Source: Vulcanimicrobiota bacterium
GTDB lineage: Bacteria > Vulcanimicrobiota > Xenobia > Xenobiales > JADMJV01
Length of the DNA: 64,000 bases
NCBI GenBank assembly: GCA_050250895.1
Contig: JBFWNU010000002.1
Span: 631,659 to 695,658, forward strand
Direction of reading: 5' to 3'
The position numbers and the translations under genes are program-made. Below are positions 1 to 9,836 of the stretch, piece by piece (the stretch's first letter is position 1; each line of letters opens with the position of its first letter). The notes beneath the pieces were generated by a model, which was not told where the DNA came from, did no database searches, and was given only the letters and a program-made list of their open reading frames with translations.

Positions 1-1
1 C

Positions 2-187
2 CTTCACGGCGGCCAGATGGTGTTGGCCGAGCGAGCCGGCAAGCTCTATCCCGGGGCCTTCTTTTATCGGTGGAACGGCCTGCGTTTCGAGCGCGGACCG
101 ACCACTATGCTAGTCAGCCGCGGGGTCACCGATACCCTGCCGCTGCGCTATAATTGTCCCCGTGAGGTATTGCTGGTGAAGCTATGA
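2..187 (+). CDS. Metallophosphoesterase (YkuE/YaeI-like), 3' end, truncated by window edge
   Basis: Manual translation LHGGQMVL...MLVSRGVTDTLPLRYNCPREVLLVKL*. HGGQ, VSRG and PLRxNCPxE are typical C-terminal motifs. The stop overlaps the next ATG (ATGA). Confidence 0.75.
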   Translation, partial: LHGGQMVLAERAGKLYPGAFFYRWNGLRFERGPTTMLVSRGVTDTLPLRYNCPREVLLVKL

Positions 188-1065
188 GAAATGCCGTTAC
201 GATCGAGGCTCCCGGAGCCCTTCTGCAGGGCGACCTGTGGAGTCCCGAAAGCGTCCGCGGGGCGGTGGTCCTGGCCAACGCCATGGCCGTGCCGCGACGC
301 TTCTACGCTCGCTTTGCCGAGGCCTTGAGCCAACGGGGCCTGGCCGTGCTCACCTTTGATTATCGAGGAGTGGCCGGCTCGGCCCCGGCTGATCTGCGCG
401 GCTATCAAGCCAGCCTGCGGGATTGGGGCGAACTGGACCTGGAGGCGGCTCTGGCCTGCATGCGCGAGCGTTTTCCGGGTCTCGGCCTGGCGGTGGTGGG
501 CCATAGCGCCGGCGGGCAACTGGTGGGTATGACCCGGACTCGGCTAGCGGGAGTGCTGACGGTGGCTTCTCAGAGCGGTTATTGGAAGCTCTTTTCGGGG
601 CTCGAGCGCTACAAGCTCTATCTCCTCTGGCGCCTGGTCCTGCCGGCTCTGTGCCGAGTCTTCGGGTATATGCCGGCCCGTCGGCTCGGCCTGGGAGAAG
701 ACGTGCCCCGGGGGCCGGTCCTGCAGTGGGCCGGTTGGTGCCTGACCGCCGGCTACCTCTGGTCCGAGCCCGACCTGGCCGAGCGTTATCGGCGCTTTGA
801 CGCCCCTCTGCGCGCCTATTGGGTGAGCGATGATCACTGGGCCCCCCAGGCGGCCGTGAGGGCCCTGGTGGCCGGCTACGGTGGGGGAGAGTGTCTGGAA
901 ATGGTGCCCTCGCGGGCCGGTCGGACGAAGTTGGGTCATTTCGGCTTCTTTCGCCTCGAGCCGGACAATCTCGCCTGGCGAGACTGCTTCGAATGGCTCG
1001 AGGGTTTACCAGGTTTCGACGGCGGCGCTGGCCCCCAGGCGAAAGGCGGGGTGGACCTCGTCTGA
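184..1065 (+). CDS. Alpha/beta hydrolase
   Basis: FDYRG motif, GHSAGG nucleophile elbow, C-terminal GHFGFF. Confidence 0.9.
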   Translation: MRNAVTIEAPGALLQGDLWSPESVRGAVVLANAMAVPRRFYARFAEALSQRGLAVLTFDYRGVAGSAPADLRGYQASLRDWGELDLEAALACMRERFPGLGLAVVGHSAGGQLVGMTRTRLAGVLTVASQSGYWKLFSGLERYKLYLLWRLVLPALCRVFGYMPARRLGLGEDVPRGPVLQWAGWCLTAGYLWSEPDLAERYRRFDAPLRAYWVSDDHWAPQAAVRALVAGYGGGECLEMVPSRAGRTKLGHFGFFRLEPDNLAWRDCFEWLEGLPGFDGGAGPQAKGGVDLV

Positions 1066-2124
1066 CTCGAGCAGATCGGCCACCAGTTCGCCCAGCACCG
1101 GCCCGAACTTGAAGGCGTGGCCGCTGCCGCAACCGGCCAGCACGATGCGCTCCGAGCCGGGCAGCCGGTCGATGAGAAAGTCGCCGCTGGCCGAGTTGGT
1201 GTAAAGGCAGATGCGACCGCTGATGGGTGCCTCGGCCAGTCCTGGCAGGTTGGCCCGGGTGAAGGCCCGGCTCTCTTCGCGAAACTCGGGGTCCTCGACC
1301 CGCTCGATATCGGGGTCCACCGTCTCTGAACGCCGGTGGAGAGCCACTTTGACGATCCCGTCAGGATTGGTCGGAAAGCCGTACCAGCCGCTATTGACGA
1401 TGTCCCACACCCAGACGGGATAATCAAAGCTACCGGGATCGGCGGGCTGATAGTGCGTGATCCGCTGGCGGCTCACCCTGATCCCCGAGGCTAGATAGGG
1501 AAAGAGCTTGCCCAACCATGGTCCGGCCGCCACTACCACCTGGTCGAATTCGTGGATGGTAGTGTCGACCCGGATAGAGGCTCCACTCGAGCTCTCATAG
1601 ACATTTTCGACCTCGGCCTTTTCATGGATGGTTACCCCCTCGGCCGCAGCACAGCGACCCAACGCCTCCACGGCGTGGGAGGCCGCCAACCAGCCGCCCC
1701 GATGGTTATGCACGGCCGCAGCCATGCCGTTCCAGTTGAATTGAGGCCAACGGCGGGCGGCCTCGGTGGCCTCGAGCACCTGGCCGGCCAGTCCCATCTC
1801 GCTCAATTGGCGCTGGCTCTCGTGCTCGAACCCGCCCGGCTCGTAGGCAGGGGAAAGAAACAACACGCCGCAGCGGTGAAAGACCGAGCTGCCGGTGTTG
1901 GCTTCGACCTCTCCCCAACGGCTGAAGGCTCGCGCCACCAGCGGGGCATAGAGGTGGGTGGTCGCTCCATACTCGAGCCGGATGGCTTTGGAGATATCGG
2001 TGCCTGAGGCGTCAGGAGCGGGGATTCGCCGCCGCTCGAACAGCGTGACTTGATGTCCCCGACGAGCGAGTTCCCAGGCGGACGAAAGGCCAAAGACCCC
2101 ACCTCCGACGACGCCGATTCTCAT
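1006..2124 (-). CDS. FAD-dependent oxidoreductase (monomeric sarcosine oxidase/SolA-like)
   Basis: N-terminal GGGVFG dinucleotide-binding motif, AAGPW, CLYTN, GSGHAFKFGP. Confidence 0.9.
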   Translation of the reverse strand: MRIGVVGGGVFGLSSAWELARRGHQVTLFERRRIPAPDASGTDISKAIRLEYGATTHLYAPLVARAFSRWGEVEANTGSSVFHRCGVLFLSPAYEPGGFEHESQRQLSEMGLAGQVLEATEAARRWPQFNWNGMAAAVHNHRGGWLAASHAVEALGRCAAAEGVTIHEKAEVENVYESSSGASIRVDTTIHEFDQVVVAAGPWLGKLFPYLASGIRVSRQRITHYQPADPGSFDYPVWVWDIVNSGWYGFPTNPDGIVKVALHRRSETVDPDIERVEDPEFREESRAFTRANLPGLAEAPISGRICLYTNSASGDFLIDRLPGSERIVLAGCGSGHAFKFGPVLGELVADLLESDEVHPAFRLGASAAVETW

Positions 2125-3839
2125 CGCTCCACCCTCGAGGCAGCCACCAGACCCACCAGCGGCGCGCAGGTCAAGCCTGGGACCAGGGCTTCACCGGCAG
2201 GTTGGCCGGCCACCTGCATCAACAGGTCGAGACTACCGGCCGAGACGAGCCCACAGCAGACGGCCAGGACGACGTGGTAAATCAGGCGTCCCGCTACCGA
2301 ACCGGGGCCCAGGGCGGTCCAAGCACGGTTGACGGGCCGCCAGAACAAAAGCCACGGCAGGGCCGAGGCCAGGCCCACGAACCCCACCAGCAGCACCAGA
2401 ATGTAGCAGGTCTCGTCATCGAAGTGATCGATCACGTTGGCCAGGGTCGGCGTGCACGCAGCTGCCGCTGGCACCCAGAAGAGAAAGCCGGGCTTCCAGA
2501 AGCTGGCCGCTGCCTGTTCGACATAGCCAACCCAGCGAGAAGTCTGGGTGTTAGGCTGCACCCCCGTCCAGGTATCGGCCAGCTGTTTGAGCATTACCGT
2601 GCGCAGCCAGAGACCGGCGGCACAAGCGGTTACTACCAGCGAGGCCAGAGGCGCGTAGATCAGAAAGAAGTCTTCCCAACGACGGCCCCCGCCCCACCAC
2701 TGATAGGTGGTGATGGCCAGCCCACCCCAGAGGGTGGCGGCGGTGCCGAAGAAGGCAACCCACCCGGTGAGCAGGCGCAGGCCCGACCGCACCCGGTCGC
2801 TGGCCCTGGCCGACGCCCATAGCCCTAATTCGGCGCCCAACCGGGGAGCCAGCCCCAGGGCGGCCCAGGCCAGGGGAGTGTAGGCGTCAAAGTCGCTGGT
2901 GAGAAGCATCAGACCGGCCAGGCCGGCCGCCACCAGTCCGGGCACTTCAGCCAGCGCGACCCAACCGCGATAGAACTCGAGGTGGGTCATTCCCGTTCCC
3001 ACCAGCAGGTCGAGGCTGCGCTTTTCGCGTTCGCCGGCCAGGGCTGCCGAGGTTCGCAGCGAGCTGATGCAGACGAGGTAGACCGCAGCCAGAATGGCCG
3101 TTCCCGAGCCGGGCTGATAGCCGAGCAAAAGCACCGGAACGCAGTAGGGAAGGAAGTGGTAGGCGCGGGTTCGGCCCATTTCGCGACTGATTACCAGATT
3201 GTCGAAACGGCCGTCGAGCCAGGTCCCCCGCGCCCTTCGCTCGGGCTCGGTCTCGAGCACGCGCGCGGCGGCATAGCGCCAGTGTAAAAGCCCGGCCAGC
3301 ATCAGGAAGGTCATGGGTGGCAAGCCCAGGGGGCTCAGCCAGAAGCCCACCACCATCAGCCCCAGCCCGGGCAGGTAAGCGGCCGGGCGCCCAGCCCCGG
3401 CAAAGAAGAAGGCGGGTGCGGCCGCGGCGGCTGCGATAGCCGTGCACAACAGCACCATCAGCGCGGGCGAAAGAGCGGCCTGGCCGTGGCTCAGGGGCCA
3501 CAGCAGCAGCAGAACGGGCAGGGCCTTGGGTAGCGACCGTAGCGGCTTGAGGGCCACTTCGTCCACCAACTGCGAGGCCCGGATGCCGGTGGTCCACAGT
3601 TCTTCGAGACAGCCCCCCTGGCGCAGCGCGTGCAGGCGATCCAAGCCTTGCTTGACCAGCAACAGACTGACCACGGCCATCGATAGCAGGATGTAGCCGG
3701 TGATGAACTCGGGTCGATTCCAACGTTCGAATGCGATCTGGGCGAACACGGTGCCGGCCAGTTGGGCGGCGCCCACCGCCAGCCAGAAGGTCCACTCGGG
3801 GGGTTGGTTTTGACCATCGAGATGTTTGAGTATCTGCAT
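2121..3839 (-). CDS. Polytopic membrane protein, ABC-2 permease-like with internal duplication
   Basis: Many hydrophobic segments. Two related motifs, LRQGGCLEELWTTG and EREKRSLDLLVGTG. Confidence 0.65.
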   Translation of the reverse strand: MQILKHLDGQNQPPEWTFWLAVGAAQLAGTVFAQIAFERWNRPEFITGYILLSMAVVSLLLVKQGLDRLHALRQGGCLEELWTTGIRASQLVDEVALKPLRSLPKALPVLLLLWPLSHGQAALSPALMVLLCTAIAAAAAAPAFFFAGAGRPAAYLPGLGLMVVGFWLSPLGLPPMTFLMLAGLLHWRYAAARVLETEPERRARGTWLDGRFDNLVISREMGRTRAYHFLPYCVPVLLLGYQPGSGTAILAAVYLVCISSLRTSAALAGEREKRSLDLLVGTGMTHLEFYRGWVALAEVPGLVAAGLAGLMLLTSDFDAYTPLAWAALGLAPRLGAELGLWASARASDRVRSGLRLLTGWVAFFGTAATLWGGLAITTYQWWGGGRRWEDFFLIYAPLASLVVTACAAGLWLRTVMLKQLADTWTGVQPNTQTSRWVGYVEQAAASFWKPGFLFWVPAAAACTPTLANVIDHFDDETCYILVLLVGFVGLASALPWLLFWRPVNRAWTALGPGSVAGRLIYHVVLAVCCGLVSAGSLDLLMQVAGQPAGEALVPGLTCAPLVGLVAASRVER

Positions 3840-3925
3840 GTGTCCTGGGTCGCCTCTCGGTGGAACTTATTGCACCAAATGAATTGGGCACGCCGAGGCG
3901 TGCCCGCTACCGCTGGCCAAAACGC

Positions 3926-4357
3926 TTAGCGTTCGGTCAGACGGGTCAGTGCCGCGATGGTGCCACCGAACAAGGCGGCCGGGAAGGTTAGTCCCAGGCC
4001 CAGGGTGGCGTACCAAGCAGGGGCTCCCTGCAGGTCGCCAACCATCATGATCGAGGCCATTAGCGACAGGACGCCGACCGCGGCAGCATGGGTCGCTTCA
4101 CGGCCAGGGGCCATGCGAGCTGCCACAAAACCACCAATCGCGGTCAGGCCAAGTCCGATCACTAGAGAGATTGCATCGATCCAGATGGTGCCGTCCAGCC
4201 GCGAAGCAAGGTTCATGCTCGTGCTGCCCGGATCCAGTAGAACGATGACCAAAGCGGCGCTGAAAAGAAAGGTCGAGCCCAGGTCCGCCAGGAACCCGGT
4301 CAACACTGCCCTGAGATTCAGCATAGTCTCACTCTCCTCTGATAGCTCATTCGACAT
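3926..4357 (-). CDS. Small 4-TM membrane protein (start may be 4324)
   Basis: Hydrophobic ORF with GGFVAARMAP and PAWY motifs. Confidence 0.7.
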   Translation of the reverse strand: MSNELSEESETMLNLRAVLTGFLADLGSTFLFSAALVIVLLDPGSTSMNLASRLDGTIWIDAISLVIGLGLTAIGGFVAARMAPGREATHAAAVGVLSLMASIMMVGDLQGAPAWYATLGLGLTFPAALFGGTIAALTRLTER

Positions 4358-4390
4358 TCAACCGCCGAACCCCTCAGATGTCTCGCTATT

Positions 4391-5395
4391 TTAGTGAACC
4401 AGGGCCGCGGCAGTGGCTAGCGCCACCTCGCTCATCCGCCGATAGTTGAGGCTGGCCGGCAGATCGCTGGGTTTATGGTAGTGAGGATTGCGAAAGTCAG
4501 CCGTGTCGGTGACCATCAGGGCCGGCAGTCCAGCCTCCCAGAAGGCCAGGTGATCGCTGCGTCCGAAACTTCGCACCAATTGTTCGAATTCGGCCGACGG
4601 TCGTCGCATCACCTCGAGCGGATCCCGCATCATCAAGACCGCTTCGATGCCGCCCTGCCAGGCCAGGCCCTCGGCCAGGCGGCGGGTGGCCTCGAGCGCT
4701 CCCTGGCGATAGACCAGCAGGGTGAAGTCGCCGCGAAACTCGTTCTCTCGTAGCTTCTCGAACTGGCCCGGAAAGAGGGGGGCCAGCTGTTGAGGCGCTC
4801 TTTGCGAGCGGGGCTGGCAGTCGAGATAGCCGACACTCTCGAGCACGATGGCCACCTCGGGCGGGTGGTCCAGGTTTTGCACGAAGTGGCGGGCTCCCAA
4901 CAGATTCCATTCTTCCATGTCAAAACAGACCAGGCTGAGAGGGGCTTCTGGCTTGAGTGAAGCCACTTCTAGTATCACGGCCAGGGCCGAGGCGTTGTCG
5001 TCGGCTCCGGGCGAACCATGAAGAGAATCGTAGTGGGCCGCCAGGATTCGATTGGCGCCGCGCCCCGGACGCCGGGCAATCAGGTTGACTCCTTCCAGTC
5101 CCACCAGGTCTTTCCAGTCGGCCCCGGGGGGCAGGTTGGTGGCCAGGCGAGCCATCTCCTGAGTGACCTTGAAGGTTTGCCGCTGGACCTCCCAGCCGAA
5201 GACGGTCAGAATCTGCTCCAGAAAGCGCTGGACTTCGAACTGGGCGGCGCGACCCGTCATGCGGTTGCGCGGACGGGCCATCTGGTCGACCCAGGTCCGT
5301 AACCGCTCGGGCCGCGACGGATCGCGCCAGGCGGTCAGTTTGGCCTCGACCTCTGAAGACAGATTGCGCAGGCTTGGCTCGGCCAGTCCCTTCAT
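4391..5395 (-). CDS. M28 family zinc metallopeptidase
   Basis: AHYDS, GADDNASA, DMEE, SDH and YH motifs. Start placed at the ATG overlapping the upstream TGA. Confidence 0.9.
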   Translation of the reverse strand: MKGLAEPSLRNLSSEVEAKLTAWRDPSRPERLRTWVDQMARPRNRMTGRAAQFEVQRFLEQILTVFGWEVQRQTFKVTQEMARLATNLPPGADWKDLVGLEGVNLIARRPGRGANRILAAHYDSLHGSPGADDNASALAVILEVASLKPEAPLSLVCFDMEEWNLLGARHFVQNLDHPPEVAIVLESVGYLDCQPRSQRAPQQLAPLFPGQFEKLRENEFRGDFTLLVYRQGALEATRRLAEGLAWQGGIEAVLMMRDPLEVMRRPSAEFEQLVRSFGRSDHLAFWEAGLPALMVTDTADFRNPHYHKPSDLPASLNYRRMSEVALATAAALVH

Positions 5396-6318
5396 GTCAG
5401 GGGCACCTCCAAGACGCCGGCGACCCGCTGGGCCAACCGTTGTAGCGGCCGCTCGGGTAGGGGGAAGGGTCCGAACTGTAGCTGCCGGCCCTGGCCCACC
5501 AGGCAGACCCGACCTTTTTCGGTCTTCACAGCGGTAATCCCAGGCTGGCTTTCGCGCGACAGCAAACGGGGGCGGCGCAGGGCTCGCCAGTAGAGAACGC
5601 TTAAGACGACCAGACCCCAAATGGCGCCCCACTTTAGGGCCTGGAGCGGGGTCAATCCGTCGCTATCGCTGGTCAGCACCACAATCAAGAATAAGATGGC
5701 CGCGCTGGCCAGCAGTAGTTGATGGAGGAAAGCTCCGCGGGGCCGGAAGATCAGCCGCTCGCCCTGGTCTATGACGCCCACCTCGCCCCACTCCTCTCCC
5801 AACAGTCCCGTCTCTTGTCCGCTCAAGTTTTCGGCCTTTTTATACAAAGCGTAATAGTGGGCCTGGCGCCAGAAAAAGCCAAACGGCAGCGCGACGATGA
5901 AAGCCTCGATGATCCATAGCCTGAAAAGTTCTCGCCCCAGGGGCTGATCAAGACTCTTGACCAGGGCGCTCTGCGAAGGAGCTACTGGATTGTAATAGAC
6001 GAGATTGGCGCTCAGCAGTTCGGCCTTGAGGTGAGTCGCCTCGTCGAGGGTGAGGTTCAGGTCGGGGGTCTTCCCTCCCGGAAACAGGGCCGTGCTCTGC
6101 CGGTTGTCGCCTGGCGGATGAAAGCTGTAGTGCGGTTCCAGGCGATAGTGGGTTTCGTCCTCGGGCACGATCTCGATGGTCAGCTGATCAGGCTGCGCCG
6201 CCTCCCAATAGGTGGCTCGTTGGAGGTCGAGCAGATGACCGAAGCTGCCGAAGGCAGCCATGGCCACCGCGAAAAACAGGGCGACGGCGCCGAGACAGCC
6301 GGGATGCTTGGGTCGCAT
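5392..6318 (-). CDS. Hypothetical membrane protein
   Basis: N-terminal TM segment, soluble loop, further TM segments. RBS-like GGGG before the ATG. Confidence 0.65.
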   Translation of the reverse strand: MRPKHPGCLGAVALFFAVAMAAFGSFGHLLDLQRATYWEAAQPDQLTIEIVPEDETHYRLEPHYSFHPPGDNRQSTALFPGGKTPDLNLTLDEATHLKAELLSANLVYYNPVAPSQSALVKSLDQPLGRELFRLWIIEAFIVALPFGFFWRQAHYYALYKKAENLSGQETGLLGEEWGEVGVIDQGERLIFRPRGAFLHQLLLASAAILFLIVVLTSDSDGLTPLQALKWGAIWGLVVLSVLYWRALRRPRLLSRESQPGITAVKTEKGRVCLVGQGRQLQFGPFPLPERPLQRLAQRVAGVLEVPLT

Positions 6319-6349
6319 ACCCCCTACTTCACCGGCACCGCGCGCCTTC

Positions 6350-7321
6350 CTACAGGTCGACGATGCGCAAGCCGAAGCGCTCGTCTCCCTCTTTGCCCGG
6401 TGAGATGGTCAAATAGGCCAGCGATTTGCCGTCGGGCGAGAACGACGGGGCGTGCTCGATGGTGGCGGGAGTGGTGGTCAATCGCTTGACCCCGTGACCG
6501 TTCTTGTCCATGACGTAGAGGTCATAGTCGAGTCCGCCGTTTTCGTTGGCGATGAAGGCGATCTTTTGCCCGTCGGGACTCCACACGGCGTCCAGGGCCA
6601 GGCCCATCGGGTTGTAGAGCAGTTTTTCTTGCTTGGAGACCGGGTCGACCAGCCACAATTCATCCAGGGGCAGCTTCTTGTGGTGGCGTTCGTACAGCAC
6701 GGACCGACCATCGGGGGCGAACTCGGGGTGGCGATCCCAATACTGGCCGAACTGTCCTTCGGTCAACCAGTGGTCATTGTCGCCGCTGACATCGGTCAGA
6801 CGGATCTGCTGACCGTCTTCGGTGAGCGACTCATAGGCGAGTTGCTGGCTGTCGGGGCTCCAGCAGAAATGTTTTTGATAGGCGCCCTTCTTGGACACGG
6901 TGTGCTCGTTGAAGCCGTTCGCGTCCATAATAGCGACCCGGTCCTTGCGTAGATCGTGATATCCCTGAAAGGCGATCTTGCTGCCGTCGGGGCTAAACTG
7001 CGGCTTGCGGCCGTTATGGGTGAGGGCCACCGGGTCGCTGCCATCGGCGTCGCAGACGTAGACGCCCCAAGAAGGCAAGGGTTTGTCCTCGGGGGTGGTG
7101 TAGCAGCCATAGGCGATCTGGCTGCCGTCAGGGCTGAATTGGGGGGTGCCCACCCAGCGGTCGTCGGGTCCCAGGCGCGCCAGCAGTTCGTTGTCGCGGC
7201 TGACCACCACCGCGTCGCGACCGACTTCGGCGGTGATCTTCTGCCCGTCCGGGGACCATGAGGGACGGGCATCGGTGTTTTCGTAAGAGCTTGGCCGGAC
7301 CGGAGGGCTGGTGACTAGCAT
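6350..7321 (-). CDS. TolB-like beta-propeller (PD40 repeats)
   Basis: Repeated P-x-W/F-SPDG motifs. No Sec signal peptide visible. Confidence 0.9.
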   Translation of the reverse strand: MLVTSPPVRPSSYENTDARPSWSPDGQKITAEVGRDAVVVSRDNELLARLGPDDRWVGTPQFSPDGSQIAYGCYTTPEDKPLPSWGVYVCDADGSDPVALTHNGRKPQFSPDGSKIAFQGYHDLRKDRVAIMDANGFNEHTVSKKGAYQKHFCWSPDSQQLAYESLTEDGQQIRLTDVSGDNDHWLTEGQFGQYWDRHPEFAPDGRSVLYERHHKKLPLDELWLVDPVSKQEKLLYNPMGLALDAVWSPDGQKIAFIANENGGLDYDLYVMDKNGHGVKRLTTTPATIEHAPSFSPDGKSLAYLTISPGKEGDERFGLRIVDL

Positions 7322-7396
7322 GACGCTCTCCTGTCGGTGTATGTGACCCCTAATCTAACCTCACTCGAGGGCCTCGAAGGCAACCGGATGTTAACA

Positions 7397-8197
7397 TCAC
7401 GCGAAGTGGCGGCGGAGTTGATGGACCAGAGTCAAGGGATCGGGCGGCGCCTGACCTAGTCTGGCCACCCGCTCCTGGAAGGGGGGATGACTGGACAGGT
7501 CGAGGGGATTGTGACTCAGCGCCTTCGGCGAGACGTGACGATAGGCTTCTTCCAACAGAGCCAGGGCCTCGGTCCCCACCTCGGCGCCTAGCTCCAGGCG
7601 AGCGAGCATCTCGACGGCGCCAGCATCGGCTTCGTATTCCTCCTGGTGGCGCGTCGCCGCCAGGGCGGCGAACTCGAGCATCTGGCGCTCTTCGGGCGAG
7701 CGCGTGAAACCCACCTGCCGACGTACCTCTTCGAAACGCGCCTGACGAGTGGCGTAGTGGCGACGTTCGGTGTGAGTCAGCTCGTGAGCGGCAAAGAAAC
7801 AAAGGTGACGGTCCTCGACCAGCGTCGCCAACAGACCGCGGGTAAAGAAGACCGTTCCGTTAGGGCAGGCCGAGGCGAAGGCGAGCTCGGTGTCGAGCAG
7901 GGCGAACGCATAGTCCACGTCGTCTCGGGTCACCAGCGGGAGTAGCCGTTCGGCCAGGCGCTCGAGGCGGGCCTGGGCGGCCTCGTCCTCCCACTCGCCG
8001 TACTTTTCGGCCAGGTCTTGTTCGTGGCGCTCGCCGATTTCTTTTTCTTCGGGTGCGCTCAGGCCGGGGCTCTCGACTCCGCCTGCATAGGCTTCAGACT
8101 TCGCGGGCTTGGGAGCTTCCTGGGCTGGCGCTTGAGCGGACGCGGGGGCATTCGGCACGAACCAGTTGCCCTGGATGGAGCGGATTGGGTCGCACAT
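7397..8197 (-). CDS. M48 family metallopeptidase
   Basis: HELTH (HExxH), EYEAD, SHPP..ER. Start inferred at MCDPIRS. Confidence 0.85.
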   Translation of the reverse strand: MCDPIRSIQGNWFVPNAPASAQAPAQEAPKPAKSEAYAGGVESPGLSAPEEKEIGERHEQDLAEKYGEWEDEAAQARLERLAERLLPLVTRDDVDYAFALLDTELAFASACPNGTVFFTRGLLATLVEDRHLCFFAAHELTHTERRHYATRQARFEEVRRQVGFTRSPEERQMLEFAALAATRHQEEYEADAGAVEMLARLELGAEVGTEALALLEEAYRHVSPKALSHNPLDLSSHPPFQERVARLGQAPPDPLTLVHQLRRHFA

Positions 8198-8468
8198 TCT
8201 GATTAGTTCTCGTCGGATCGGCCGGGAGCCTCTCCAGCGGCAGAAGCCGGTGGGCCTTGTGGCAACGGGGAAAACAGGCTGAGGGTTTGCGTTTGCGGTC
8301 GAGCATGGCTCCATGCTAGCGCAGGTCTGTGGAACGGCTTTTGCCGAGATGTTCCCAGATCATTGCCCCTGGATGACCATTGTATGAACAGCGAACGGTC
8401 GCTTGTTCGCCAACGAACGATGACCCTGGTCATTTGCCTGCCCACCTCCGACAGGCTAGGCTCAGAGC

Positions 8469-9767
8469 ATGCGAAAACGAGTCTTGATCATGGGAGCGGC
8501 CGGCCGCGACTTCCACAACTTCAACATGGTGTATCGAGATCGGCCGGAATACGAGGTGGTGGCCTTCACGGCCACTCAGATTCCCGGCATCGAGGGGCGG
8601 CGCTACCCCCCTGGCCTGGCCGGTGACCTCTATCCCCAGGGCATTCCCATCGAGCCCGAATCAGAGTTAGCCAGGCTGGCCCAAACGGTCGATGAGGTGG
8701 TCTTCTCCTATTCGGACGTCAATTACCCGTATCTGATGGAACGAGCGTCCACCGCCCTGGCGGCGGGGGCCGATTTTCGGCTGTTGGGCATGGGTTCGAC
8801 CTGTCTCAAGAGCAAGTTACCGGTGGTGGCTGTCTGCGCGGTCCGGACCGGTGTCGGCAAGAGCCAGACCTCGCGCAAGTTGACGGCCCTGCTCAAAGCA
8901 GCTGGCAAGAAGGTGGCCGTGCTGCGCCATCCGATGCCGTATGGTAATCTCGAGGCCCAGGCGGTGCAGCGTTTTGCCACCCTGGCGGACCTCGATCGGC
9001 ATCGGTGCACCATCGAAGAGCGCGAGGAGTACGCGCCTCATCTCGAAGAGGGTCATCTGGTCTTTGCCGGGGTCGACTATGCTCAAATCCTCGAACAGGC
9101 TGAAGCCGAGGCCGAAGTGATCCTGTGGGACGGAGGCAACAACGACCTGCCCTTCCTGGTCCCCGACCTTCATCTCACCCTGGTCGACCCCCATCGACCA
9201 GGCCACGAGCTGAGCTATTATCCCGGCCAAGCTAACCTGCGGGCGGCCGACGTCGTGGTGATCAACAAGGTGGATTCGGCCGAGCCTGCGGCCCTGGCTC
9301 ATGTGCGGGCCAACCTGGCTCGGGTCAACCCCTCGGCGCGAGTGATCGAGGCCGCCTCGGTGATCGAGGTCGATGAGGCGGTGGCCGGCCGGCCCGTGGT
9401 GGTGATTGAGGACGGTCCCACCCTCACTCACGGTGAGATGGGCTACGGGGCGGGGCTGCTAGCCGCCCGCCGCCTGGGGTGCGAGGTGATCGACCCCCGT
9501 CCTCATGCCGTGGGCTCGCTTTTGGAAGTGTTCGCAAAGTGGAGCCATCTGGGCCCCGTGTTGCCGGCCATGGGTTATTCGCAGGAGCAATGCGAGGAAT
9601 TGCGCCAGACTATCGCCGCCACTCCGGCCGAGGCCATTCTGGTGGGCACTCCCATCGACCTGAGTCTGGTGATCGACCTCGACAAGCCGGCCTATCGGGT
9701 GCGTTACAACTTGCAAGAGCGAGTCGGCAGCTTACAAGCGGAATTGTCTCGCTTCGGCCTGCTCTAG
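8469..9767 (+). CDS. Cyclic 2,3-diphosphoglycerate synthase-like P-loop protein (predicted GTPase)
   Basis: GAAGRDFHNFN, RTGVGKS P-loop, RHPMPYG, WDGGNND, EDGPTLTHG. Confidence 0.85.
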   Translation: MRKRVLIMGAAGRDFHNFNMVYRDRPEYEVVAFTATQIPGIEGRRYPPGLAGDLYPQGIPIEPESELARLAQTVDEVVFSYSDVNYPYLMERASTALAAGADFRLLGMGSTCLKSKLPVVAVCAVRTGVGKSQTSRKLTALLKAAGKKVAVLRHPMPYGNLEAQAVQRFATLADLDRHRCTIEEREEYAPHLEEGHLVFAGVDYAQILEQAEAEAEVILWDGGNNDLPFLVPDLHLTLVDPHRPGHELSYYPGQANLRAADVVVINKVDSAEPAALAHVRANLARVNPSARVIEAASVIEVDEAVAGRPVVVIEDGPTLTHGEMGYGAGLLAARRLGCEVIDPRPHAVGSLLEVFAKWSHLGPVLPAMGYSQEQCEELRQTIAATPAEAILVGTPIDLSLVIDLDKPAYRVRYNLQERVGSLQAELSRFGLL

Positions 9768-9836
9768 CGCCCCTACGTTCGAGAGGATGTTCGACTGACC
9801 CGCGCCGAAATTGAATAAAGCTCAAGGGGGACGGCG